Positions 26,071 to 37,503 of a stretch of DNA of 64,000 nucleotides are shown piece by piece. The stretch is from Felis catus. Taxonomy: Eukaryota. The position numbers and the translations under genes were made by a program. Numbering within the stretch: the stretch's first letter is position 1; each line of letters starts with the position of its first letter. Where the stretch lies: NCBI RefSeq assembly GCF_018350175.1, contig NC_058368.1, positions 184,638,001-184,702,000 on the forward strand, read 5' to 3'. The notes beneath the pieces are model-generated. The model was not told where the DNA came from and did no database searches. It was given only the letters and a program-made list of their open reading frames with translations.

Positions 26071-27627
26071 TAGTTGACTAAACATGGCTCAACTAAGACC
26101 AGCCAGATACTTTACCCTTGCTAACACACAGGAAAATAACATTTTGTTGCTGATGTTGTGTAGGGAGCAGCATCTCACTTTCTGTTTTGGCTTCTAGCAT
26201 CTCTCGCCCACTGTGAAGAAAGCTTTTCAAAAAGCAAAACAAAGGACACGGAGTATACATACTTAGCTTATTGAAGCAGAAAGATGCTGAATTTGTCCTT
26301 AAAATGTAAATATATGAACCCTTTTAAAATCCCTAGAAACCAGGTAACAAGAGAAACACCTCTCTGATAGGTTAACCATGTAAATTTAGGTCTTTATTTC
26401 ACTTGTTTTTTCTGGTGGAGAACCACAATTTGACCTTGAGACACCCATAAAAGGAAGTAAAAAGAAGCTGAGTTATACACAAGACTGTTACAATTGACAT
26501 AAATCTAACATTATTTAATATTTATATTTCCACTTTACCAGAAAAAAAATTTGAAAGAACCACTTAGAGTCTACTTTCCTATACTGCTTACTTAGAGTTT
26601 TACAGTCACCAATAGAGCAGAGTTTAATTTTTTGAGAGATAGAAAAATGAAGAATTAAAATTGTAATTAGAAAAATTGCCTCAATCAGAATTGCACTTCA
26701 GGATGCTTGAATGGATGGGCTAAATAAGTTCAGGCATCCATTAGTTTCCAAATTGAATTAAAATATACTGAGTGCTAATTCAAAAATCTGAAGGCAGCCA
26801 GCTGGAATAGAATGGGAATCATCTGGGTCTAAAAGGGTAGTGCAGATGACACAAAGCAAGGAAAGATGATGGCATTTTTGCTGACCTGAAAGAATGAAAC
26901 AGAAATCTTAAAACCACCAGTAATTTATTACAGCCCATTATACTAATATCGCTGTTTACTCCCAGCCTGCATCATAGGGAGGCCCTTTTGATTCCGCACA
27001 GTACAATAGCCCAATTCTAATCCTCCTCTCTGCTCTTTCCTGCAGGAAGCCCTTTTTCCCTGCCATTTGCTCTGTGCAGCATAGATGACCTGTGGTAATT
27101 GCTGAAGACATTTTCACCCATATTTTTTAGCAAATGTAATTTCCTTTTGATGCTGCCATGTCCTCTCCCCACCCTGCTGTGACAACGAACTCCAATAATC
27201 ATGCGACTAACATTCAGATAGAGATCAAGTAATGCAGCCAGCTGTATCACAACTTTTGACTTTCAACTTTGTACTTACTTGGGTGCACATATTACCATTT
27301 GAGGAAATGAAAAACATTTTTTTTCTCTAATGAAAATAGCTTTTGGCCTGGGGTGAGGCTGGTGGAATTGTCCTGAGCTTTAAAAAAAAAAACAACAAAA
27401 AAAAAAAAACAACTTCATACAATTTGGCTCTAACAAAAGTCTTTAAAAAAAAGTGAATGCTTTTTATAACACAGATTTTCAAAGCACCCCATAATTAAAA
27501 CACTCATTAATTAAGGTCTTGAAAAAATACTCCTTGTTTTTAAGACTATCAAATACTCTGAATCTTTGAAGAAATTTATATTTTGAAGGAAGAGAAGGAG
27601 GTAGAGGAAAGAGCAGGGAGAAAGCGT

Positions 27628-28105
27628 TGCGTAACTAAGATTACATAACAAATTATTCCAAAACTCAGCGGCATAAAACAACCACATATTATGTTAATGT
27701 ATTGTGCAGGTCAGAAACAGGACACAACATTGCCAATTTGGCTCTGCCCCCTGTTGGCTGAAGTCTCTGCTGGCAGACTTGAGAGATGAGGTCTAGAAGT
27801 GTTTGAAGACTCAGATGTCTGGATGTCAGTGGTAGCTATCAACTGGAGAAGTCAGCTACAGTTCATGTCAACTAGAATACATATGCATGGCCTCTTTGGC
27901 TCGGAACACCTCACACCATGGCACTTTGGGACCACTAGCACGTCCCTAAAAAACCAAAACATGCCTAAATATCACTTGCCCGGACACCCAGTAAACTGAT
28001 GTACTAACATCTCATTGGAGGCCAGCTAAGAAACAGAGAATATCATTTGAGTCACTTCCCCTATGATGTCATCTTAGGAAAGAAGTAAAAAGGCTGCTTA
28101 AGAAG
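27628..28105 (-). mobile_element. MLT1G/H-like MaLR LTR
   Basis: cataacaaattattccaaaactcagcggcataaaacaacc...tgtgcaggtcagaa...atgcatggcctct. Confidence 0.7.
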
Positions 28106-28118
28106 AAAAAACAGAGTA

Positions 28119-28330
28119 GGGGTGCCTGGGTGGCTCAGTTAAGTGTCCAACTTCAGCTCAGGTCATGATCTCATGGCTCATGGGTTTGAGCCCTGTGGTG
28201 CTCTGTGCTGTCAGCCCAGAGCCTGGAGCCTGCTCTTGATTCTGTGTCTCCCTTTCATTCTCCTCCTCCCCCGCTCACACTCTGTCTCTCTCTTTCTCTC
28301 AAAAATAAATTAGCATCAAAAAAATTTGAA
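28119..28330 (+). mobile_element. CanSINE whose A-tail hosts the full-length L1
   Basis: ggggtgcctgggtggctcag head; its TSD gaagaaaaaacagagt (28102-28117) reappears only after the L1, as gaagaaaaaatagatt (35235-35250). Confidence 0.93.
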
Positions 28331-28342
28331 GAGGGGAGGAGC

Positions 28343-28353
28343 CAAGATGGCGG
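28343..28353 (+). promoter_or_regulatory. YY1 motif at the start of the L1 internal promoter
   Basis: CAAGATGGCGG about 12 nt from the L1 5' end, the known position of the L1 YY1 site. Confidence 0.75.
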
Positions 28354-29422
28354 ACAGCATAGAAGTTTTTTGTGTGTCTCGCATCCATGAAATACAGCCA
28401 GACCAACACTAAACCATCCTGCACACCTAGAAAACTGATCTGAGGATTAACACAACAATCTGCACAACATGAACCACAAAATTCAGCACATACGTGGCAC
28501 AGAGAGGTGAAATGGGGGAGGGGGAAGCCGTGGAGGGCAGGGAGCCGCTTTTGTGTGTGTGGAGAGAGGACAGGATGGGAAGGGAGAATACGGGAAAAGC
28601 ATCCCTCCCCAAAAGCAATTGGAGAGAAAACAGAAAATTGGAAACAGTTGTAGGGACTGAACTAAAAAGGGAGAAAAGAGAAAGGAGAAAGGAGAGGTTT
28701 TAAATTCCATTAAGACTGTAACAGGGAAGCACAGAGTGTGAAACTCTGCAGCTCGATACCTGGCGGTGCTCTGGTAGAAAGGACGAATCCCTAGGAGCAG
28801 AGTGGGTACCTGGAGGTTCTTGGGCCACACAGGGAGGAGCAGTTCCATGGCTGGAAGGGCATTTGGTAGAGGCTGTGAAGCCACCTGGGCCCAGCAGATC
28901 CCAGAGAATGGCCACATTCACTGGTGCTGGAACAAGGTTGTTGGGGGTGAAGCCTGGTGCTAGATGTGTTGTGATTTTTCATAATCCCTGTAGTGCTGCT
29001 TCTACACTGTCTCGCAAAATTTTTCTGGGGCGGGTTGGCACCTAGCCGCAGTCTCTGGGCATGGGCAGCAGCATGGTCCCACAAACATTCATGGGTGTGG
29101 CCAGTACCCAGCCATTGCTCGGTGAGACCCTCCGCAGAGGGGCAGAGAGGATCAAGACCACAGTACCTCAGAAGCGGGGGACCAGGGGAGGCCGCATCTG
29201 AGACAAAACTCGGGAGGGAGGTACTGCCTGGGGCTTGGTCACAGAGAGCGTGAAAGCAAGGAGTGGACGGAAGCCAAAGATGAAGGACAGGTGAGCAATT
29301 GCTGATCAGGGAGAAGAGTTCCAATACCAGAGACTGAGTAGCTGGGTGACGCCATTTTCACCACCCCCGTGCATGTGCATAAACACCTACAAGCACCACA
29401 ACAATCCACACCAGTAGGCTAG

Positions 29423-29438
29423 CAGCGCCATCTAGTGG
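29423..29438 (-). promoter_or_regulatory. CTCF core-like motif in the L1 5' UTR
   Basis: Minus strand reads CCACTAGATGGCGCTG, close to the CTCF consensus. Motif match only; binding not shown. Confidence 0.55.
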
Positions 29439-29932
29439 AGAAAGAATCCATTACACTAAGCCCCACCCAACTGGGCCAACCTCGCTTTTCAAGAACACAA
29501 ATCTCACCACCTGCCTAGTTTATGGATTATAAAGAGCTTCATAATTAGACTTCTAGGGGAAAATGAAGTAATTTCAGTCATATTTCAGTCTGTTAGCCAG
29601 TCCATCTATTCAATTTTCTTTCCTTCTTTTTTTTTCTCCCTTTTTTCTTTTTCTTGAATATAGAAAGAGAAAAAATTCATTTTTACTTTCAATTTTTATT
29701 AAAAATATTTTTCTTTAATTTTTTTTCGACTATATTCTTTACTTTTGGGTATATTTCTTTGAATTCTATTTTACTCCCATCATCTCATTTTAGTCTACTT
29801 CAGTGCTTTCATTTTTTCAAATTCTCAAACAATTTCCTTTTTTTTCTCCCCCCTCTTTTTTCTCTCTAATCTGTCAAACCATTTTCAACACCCAGACCAA
29901 AACACACCTAGGATCTAACATCATCTATTCAA

Positions 29933-29935
<3 letters not shown>

Positions 29936-29973
<38 letters not shown>
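29936..29973. repeat. (TG)n microsatellite in the L1 5' UTR
   Basis: Read directly. Confidence 0.95.
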
Positions 29974-29974
<1 letters not shown>

Positions 29975-30043
29975 CAATTTTTAATTTTCATCTTTTTTTA
30001 ATTTCAATTTTTCTACCTCATTAATTCCTTTTCTCCCTTCAAA

Positions 30044-30928
30044 ATGATGAAACGAAGGAATTCACCCCAAAAGAAAGAGCATGAAGAAACGACAGCCAGG
30101 GATTTAACCAACACAGATACAAGCAAGATGTCTGAAACAGAATTTAGAATCATGATAATAAGAATACTAAATGGAGTTGAAAATAGATTAGAATCCCTTT
30201 CTGCAGAGATAAAAGAAGTAAAAAATAGCCAGAATGAAATTAAAAATGCTATAGCTGAGCTGCAATCATGGATGGATGCAGCGGTGGCAAAATGGACGAG
30301 GCAGAACAGAATCAGCAACACAGAGGGCAAACTTATACAGGATAATGAAGCAGAAAAAAAGAGGGAGATTAAGGCAAAAGAGCATGATTTAAGAATTAGA
30401 GAAAACAGTGACTCATTAAAAATGAACAACATCAGAATCATAGGGGTCCCAGAAGAAAAAGAGAGAGAAATAGGGGTAGAAGAGTTATGTGAGGAAATCA
30501 TAGTGGGAAACTTTCCTAACCCTGGGAAAGACACAGACATCAAAATCCAGGAAGCACAGAGGACCCCCCCCCCATCAGATTCAATAAAAACTGACCATGA
30601 ACAAGGCATATCATAGTCAAATTCACAAAATACTCATGCAAAGAGAGAATCATGAAAACAACAAGGGAAAAAAAGTCCCTAACCTACAAGGGAAGACAGA
30701 TCAGGTTTGCAGCAGACCTATCCACAGAAACTTGGCAGGCCAGTAAAAAGTGGCAGGATATATTCAATGTGCTGAATCAGAAAAAATATGGAGCCAACAA
30801 TTCTTTATCCAGCAAGGCTGTCACTCAAAATAGAAGGAGAGATAAAAAGTTTCCCAGACAAATAAAAATTAAAGGAGTTTGTGACCACTAAACCAGCCCT
30901 GCAAGAAATTTTAAGGGGGACTTTCTGA
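30044..30928 (+). pseudogene. L1 ORF1p (RNA-binding/chaperone) pseudogene, frameshifted
   Basis: MMKRRNSPQKKE...NIRIIGVPEE...IKIQEAQRTP; frameshift at a C-run near 30570; YKGRQIRFAADLSTETWQA; C-terminus KPALQEILRGTF*. Confidence 0.93.
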
Positions 30929-30943
30929 GGAAAGAAAAGATAA

Positions 30944-30999
<56 letters not shown>
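30944..30999. repeat. (TA)n microsatellite in the L1 inter-ORF spacer
   Basis: Read directly. Confidence 0.95.
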
Positions 31000-31000
<1 letters not shown>

Positions 31001-31081
31001 AACAAATAAATACCAAAAGCAACAAAAGATTAGAAAGGACCAGAGAACACCACCAGAAACTCCAACTCTACAAGCATCATA

Positions 31082-34000
31082 ATGGCAATAAATTCATATT
31101 TTTCAGTACTCACTCTAAACGTCAATGGACTCAATGCTCCAATCAAAAGACATAGGGTAACAGAATGGATAAGAAAACAAGACCCATCTACATGCTGTTT
31201 ACAAGAGATCCACATTAGACCTAAAGACACCTTCAGATTGAAAATAAGGGGATGGAGAACCATCTATCATGCCAATCGTCAACAAAAGAAAGCCAGAGTA
31301 GCCATACTTACATCAGACAATCTAGACTTTAAAATAAAGACTGTATCAAGAGATGCAGAAGGGCATTATATCATAATCAAGGGTCTATCCACGAAGAAGA
31401 CCTAACAATTGTAAACATTTATGCACCAAATGTGGGAAAACCCAAACATATAAGTCAATTTATCACAAACATAAAGAAACTCATTGATAGTAATACCATA
31501 ATAGTAGGAGACTTCAACACCCCACTCACAATGGACAGATCATCTAATCAAAAAATCAACAAGGAAACAAGAGCTTTGAATGACACACTGGACCAGATGG
31601 ACTTAACAGATATATTCAGAACATTTCATCCTAAAGCAGCAGAATATACATTCTTCTCCAGTGCACATAGAACGTTCTCCAGAATAGGCCATATACTGGG
31701 ACACAAATCAGCCCTAAGTAAATACAAAAAGATTGAGATCATTCTGTGCACATTTCCAAACCACAAAGCTATGAAACTCGAAATCAACCACAAGAAAAAA
31801 TTTGGAAAGGTTACAAATACTTGGAGATGGAAAAACACCCTACTAAATAGTGAATGGGCTAACCAAGCAGTTAAAGAGTAAATTAAAAAGTATATGGAAA
31901 TCAATTAAAATGATGACATTACAACCCAAAACCTCTGGGACGCAGCAAAGGCAGTCATAAGAGGAAAGTATATAGCAATCCAGACCTTCCTAAAGAAGTT
32001 AGAAAGATCTCAGATACACAACCTAACCTTATGACTTAAAGAGTGGAAAAAGAATACCAAATAAAACCCAAAACCAGCAGAAGACAGGAAATAATAAAGA
32101 TTAGAGTAGAAATTAATGCTATCAAAACCAAAAAAAGAGTACAACAGATCAATGAAACCAGAAGCTGGTTCTTTGAAAGAATTAACAAAATTAATAAACC
32201 ACTAGCCAGTTTGATCAAAAAGAAAAAGGAAAGGACCCAAATAAATAAAATCAAGAATGAAAGAGAAGAGATCACAAGCAACACAACAGAAATAAAAACA
32301 ATAATAAGAGAATATTATGAGAAATTACATGCCAATAAAATGGGTAATCTGGAAGAAATGGACAAATTCCTAGAAACATATACACTACTAAAACTGAAAC
32401 AGGAAGAAATAGAAAATTTGAAGAGACTCATAACGAGTAAGGAAATCAAATTAGTAACCAAAAATCTGCCAAAAAACAAGAGTCCAGGGCCAGATGGCTT
32501 TCCAGGGGAATTCTACCAAACATTTAAGGAAGAGTTAACACCTATTCTATTGAAACTGTTCCAAAAAATAGAAATGGAAAGAAAACTTCCAAACTCTTTC
32601 TATGAAGCCAGCATTACCTTGATTCCAAACCAGACAGAGACCCCACTAAAAAGGAAAACTATAGGCCAATTTCCCTGATGAACATGGGTGCAAAAATCCT
32701 CAACAAGATACTAGCCAACCAGATCCAACAATACATTAAAAAAATTATTCACCACAATCAAGTGGGATTTATACCTGGGATGCAGGGCTGGTTCAGTATC
32801 CACAAAACAATTAATGTGATTCATCACATCAATAAAAGAAAGGACAAGAACCATATGATCCTCTCAATAGATGCAGAGAAAGTATTTGACAAAATACAGC
32901 ATCCTTTCTTGATAAAAACCCTCAAGAAAGTAGGGACAGAAGGAGCATACCTCGAGATCATAAAAGCCACATATGAATGACTCAACACTAATATCATCCT
33001 CAATGGGGAAAAACTGAGAGCTTTCCCCCTAAGGTCAGGAACAAGACAGGCATGTCCACTCTCACCACTGTTATTCAACATAGTATTGGAAGTCTTAGCC
33101 TCAGCAATTAGACACAAAGAAACACAAAGAAATAAAAGGCATCCAAATCAGCCAGGAGGAAGTTAAACGTTCACTCTTTGCAGATGACATGATACTCTAT
33201 ACGGAAAACCCAAAAGATTCACCAAAAAACTGCTAGAATTGATTCATGAATTCAGCAAAATTGCAGGATATAAAATCTACGCACAGAAATCGGTTGCATC
33301 CCTACACACCAACAATGAAGCAACAGAAAGAGAAATCAAGGAATCGATCCCATTTACAGTTGCACAAAAAACCATAAAATACCTAGGAATAAATCTAACC
33401 AAAGAGGTGAAAAATCTATACCCTGAAAACTATAGAAAGTTTATGAAAGAAACTGAAGAAGACACCAAAAAATGGAAAAAGATTCCATGCTCCTGGATAG
33501 GAAGAACAAATATTCTTAAAATGTCGATACTATGCAAAGCAATCCACATATTCAATGCAATCTCTATCAAAATAACACCAGCATTCTTCACAGAGCTAGA
33601 ACAAATAATCCTAAAATTTGTACAGAACCAGAAAAGACCCCGAATAGCCAAAGCAATCTTGAAAAAGAAAACCAAAGGAGGAGGCATCTCAATCCCAGAC
33701 TTCAAGCTATACTACAAAGCTGTAATCATCAAGACAGTATGGTACTGGCACAAGAACACTCAGATCAATGGAACAGAATACAGAACCCAGAAATGGACCA
33801 CAAATGTATGGCCAACTAATTTTTGACAAAGCAGGAAAGAATATCCAATGGAATAAAGACAGTCTCTTCAGCAAGCAGTGCTGGGAAAACTGGACAGTGA
33901 CATGCAGAAGAATGAACCTGGACCACTTTCTTAAACCATACACAAAAATAAACTCAAAATGGATGAAAGACCTCAATGTAAGACAGGAAGCCATCAAAAT

Positions 34001-34748
34001 CCTCAAGGAGAAAGCAGGCAAAAACCTCTTTTATCTTGCCCGCAGCAACTTCTTACTCCACACGTCTCTGGAGGCAAGGGAAACAAAAGCAAAAATGAAC
34101 TACTGGGACCTCATCAAAATAAAAAGTGAAGGAAAAAAAGCACAGCGAAGGAAACAATCAGCAAAACTAAAAGGCAACCGATGGAATGGGAGAAGATATT
34201 TGCAAATGACATATCAGATAAAAGGTTAGTATCCAAAATCTATAAAGAACTGATCAAACTCAACACCCAAAAAACTAATAATCCAGTGAAGAAATGGGCA
34301 AAAGACATGAATAGACATTTCTCCAAAGAAGTCATCCAGATGGTCAACCAACACATGAAAAAATGCTCAACATCACTCATCAATCAAGGATATACAAATA
34401 AAAACCACAATGAGATACCACCTCACACCTGTCAGAATGGCTAACATGAACAACTCAGCCAACAACAGATGTTGGCGAGGATGCGGAGAAAGAGGATCTC
34501 TTTTGCATTGCTGGTGGCAACGTAAGCTGGTGCAGCCACTCTGGAAAACAGTATGGAGGTTCCTCAAAAAACTAAAAATAGAACTACCCTATGACCCAGC
34601 AATTGCCCTAGTAGACATTTATCCAAGGGATACAGGTGTGCTGTTTCGAAGGGACACATGCACCCCCATGTTTATAGCAGCACTCTCAACAATAACCAAA
34701 GTATGGAAAGAGCCCAAATGTCCATCGATGGATGAATGGATAAAGAAA

Positions 34749-34801
<53 letters not shown>

Positions 34802-34942
34802 CATACAATGTAGTATTACTCGGCAATCAAAAAGAATAAGATCTTGCCATTTACAACTACCTGGATGGAACTGGAGGGTATTATGCTAAGTGAAATTAGT
34901 CAGTTAGAGAAAGACAAAAATCATATGACTTCACTCATCTGA
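31082..34942 (+). pseudogene. L1 ORF2p (endonuclease/reverse transcriptase) pseudogene, many stops and frameshifts
   Basis: TLNVNGLNAPIKR, CCLQE, GDFNTPL (EN); [36 protein letters not shown] (RT); [16 protein letters not shown] (Cys domain); split over more than 8 ORF fragments. Confidence 0.96.
34752..34806. repeat. (TA)n microsatellite in the ORF2 C-terminal region
   Basis: Read directly. Confidence 0.95.
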
Positions 34943-35542
34943 GGACTTGAAGAGACAAAACAGATGAGCATAAGGAAAGGAAACAAAAATAATATAAAAA
35001 CAGGGAGGGGGACAAAACAGAAGAGACTCATAAATATGGAGAACAAACTGAGGGTTACTGGAGGGATTGTGGGAGGGGAGATGGGCTAAATGGGTAAGGG
35101 GCATTAAGGAATCTACTCCTGAAATCATTGTTGCATTATATGTTAATTAATCTGGATATAAATTTTAAAAAATAAAATTAAAAATAAAAAGGAGAAAAAA
35201 AGATATAAACTTTTATTATGCAAAAACATTTAAGGAAGAAAAAATAGATTTGATAAGTTCCTGAACTCTGAGCTATTTACCCAAAGATGGTTTTATACCT
35301 GAAGAGATTAAGTTTAAACATGAAGTTTAAATATTTTCTGTTGTCAGCAGAAATTGGAGTCCAAGAATAAAGTAAGAACAGTTATGAGTATCATAAAGAG
35401 AGCCACTTTTTTTTTATCTGTGAGATGTAGCACATATATGTTTGGCCCTACTAAACTAGGAATATCTTTAAGTTTTCAATATATTAAGAAGTAAGCTAGC
35501 CTTAAGACGATAAGCTATAAGAAGTCATGAACTGAGTCCTCT

Positions 35543-35665
35543 CATCCATTTAATCCATTTTTATTGAATATCTACCTTGAGCAAGGCATTCTCGCAGGCA
35601 CTAAAAATACAGAAACGAATGGTATAGTCCCTGCCTTCAAGGCACTCAGAATCTACAGCATAGAA
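35543..35665 (-). mobile_element. L2 3' end fragment
   Basis: ttttattgaatatctaccttgagcaaggcatt...ggcactaaaaatacag...tccctgccttcaaggcactcagaatcta. Confidence 0.7.
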
Positions 35666-36137
35666 AGAAAGTGACCAATTATTTTTAATAGAGGAACTCC
35701 ACAGGTTCAGTCACAAAAAACAGAATCCTGAACATGGTTTCAAAACCTCATGAGGGACTACAAGAATCATCAAAGTTAAATACAAACTCAGAAAATATGC
35801 CAAACCCACATATCATGTATCTGCTTAGATCAGGTAGTGCAAACTAACAACAAAGTCAGAGTAATGGATCCATTAACTTTGTGGCCCACTTAGCTCTGCA
35901 TGTGACAAACTGTACCCCAAAGCTATGAGCTACATTCCTATTTCCAATCAATCATCATGAAAATGTACAATTAGGAGGACTGATTCTCAAGTATGTGTGG
36001 TTGAAAGGCATTCTCACTATAAGAAAATGCCTTAATACTCAAAAGCTTCTGATGGTGGCTCTATTTTATAAGGTCACCAAGAGGCTAGGGAGATGAAAGA
36101 AAGGTCAACTGTAAACCACTTAAGAAAGCTGGACACA

Positions 36138-36328
36138 CCATATTTCAACAAATCAAAGATATCCACAATTATAAGATGCTCCATTATTTTATTTACCATT
36201 AGGAATGACAAATGATATCAAATAAACTAAGACACTATGCTAAGACATTCTCAATTACTGGTCATATCCCAGATTCAGAGGTATAAAAATTATTTTTAAA
36301 ATTTCATCTTCTAATGAATAAAATACGG
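36138..36328 (-). mobile_element. MER104-like TcMar-Tc2 MITE
   Basis: TIRs ccatatttca / aaaatacgg followed by TA; internal taagatgctccattattttatttacca. Confidence 0.75.
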
Positions 36329-37327
36329 TATCATATGAGAAGCCCTAATAGATCTCCAGAAAGAAGTGACAATGAGGCAAGTTCTTCTTATAACTTTGGT
36401 ATAGGAATTCTTAAATAAGGTTCTGGTCCTCAGCAAGTTTAGGATCCATATTCTATGCCATGGTCTACAGAGCTCTCTACACTCTGGTTTGTGGTACCAC
36501 TCTGGTTTCTTCTGGGCCATCCTGCTCTCTACTCAATCTTATCCAGTCTCCCTGGCCTTCCAGGCTAATTCCTGGCTTGGTCCTGTACTTTGCTTCCTTC
36601 ACTTGAAACTCTATTTTCTATTTCTCCCACTGATGTAAGCACTTCACTAAGGCATGGAAATTATTTTTTTCTCGATGTTATAAGAATACCTGGCATATAA
36701 TAGACATGACAGTAACAAATTTTAATAAATTATAATGTCATCCAAAAGTAAAAAAAGAGCTAAGGTGTTTAACCCAATCTTTAGGCTCTGATTAGCATAA
36801 ACAGGTAAAGAATGTTAAATATGAAATTGGGTGAATGCTATTTGAATTACCCTCCAACAGAATCCCTAAAAATATTTATTCTCAAATTTTTTCAAGTTTA
36901 GGGACAATTAGAAATTTAAAGGGCAAAATCAAAAGTTGCAACTTTTGAAGAACCAAATTAAAAGGGTTAATTGTTGTGAACACAGCATTCCTCTCCTCCC
37001 CACCTCAAAAGACTCAATACCATTGGCTTTGGGAATAAAGAGGTCACCACAGATGAAGACAGTGATAGCTTACAGTGTAATGGAGTGACAAGGATCATTT
37101 AAAAAGCAGGAAAAGGATATGAATAAGGAAACAAGAAGCCTCTGAAAGATGCCAGAACCATCCACCATCATGAGAGCAATCATTTTCTAAGTGTTTACAG
37201 GTACAAGGTACTACAGGTGTTGTAGAATGACTTGTATGGGCTAACTGCATTCATTTCCCACCACTCTTAACTTTTCTTGGCTAACCCACATGCTTTGTGC
37301 AAATTAAGAGTTTTTAAATGGGATGGG

Positions 37328-37370
37328 GACACAGACACACACACACACACACGCGTGCGCGCACACACAC

Positions 37371-37405
<35 letters not shown>
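37328..37405. repeat. (CA)n microsatellite with a CG-interrupted centre
   Basis: Read directly. Confidence 0.95.
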
Positions 37406-37408
<3 letters not shown>

Positions 37409-37433
37409 AGCACATTTATTTGCTGTGTAAGAA

Positions 37434-37503
37434 CAAAGGAGAAAAAAGACGGTAATATCACCAATCTCCCAAAGGAGAAAAAACGGTAATATCACCAATC
37501 TCC
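37434..37503. repeat. Tandem duplication of about 35 bp
   Basis: caaaggagaaaaaa(ga)cggtaatatcaccaatctcc twice. Confidence 0.9.

Larger units (their letters stand above)
28331..35190 (+). mobile_element. Full-length felid/carnivore L1 retrotransposon, inactivated
   Basis: 5' UTR starting gaggggaggagccaagatggcgg, ORF1, ORF2 (EN, RT, C-terminal Cys domain), 3' UTR with G-rich tract and A tail; approximate TSD caaaaaaatttgaag / caaaaacatttaag. Confidence 0.97.

Noticed and set aside
28483..29324. Antisense ORFs (144 and 177 aa) in the L1 5' UTR as an ORF0 analogue
   Set aside because: They lie in GC-rich UTR where long chance ORFs are expected, show no recognisable motif, and cannot be tested for conservation from one copy.
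30013..30609. 198-aa minus-strand ORF
   Set aside because: It is the antisense shadow of A-rich L1 ORF1.
30044..34942. L1 ORFs as active or domesticated genes, or as a novel RT system
   Set aside because: This is canonical L1 ORF1/ORF2 with many stops and frameshifts, and the RT catalytic motif is out of frame.
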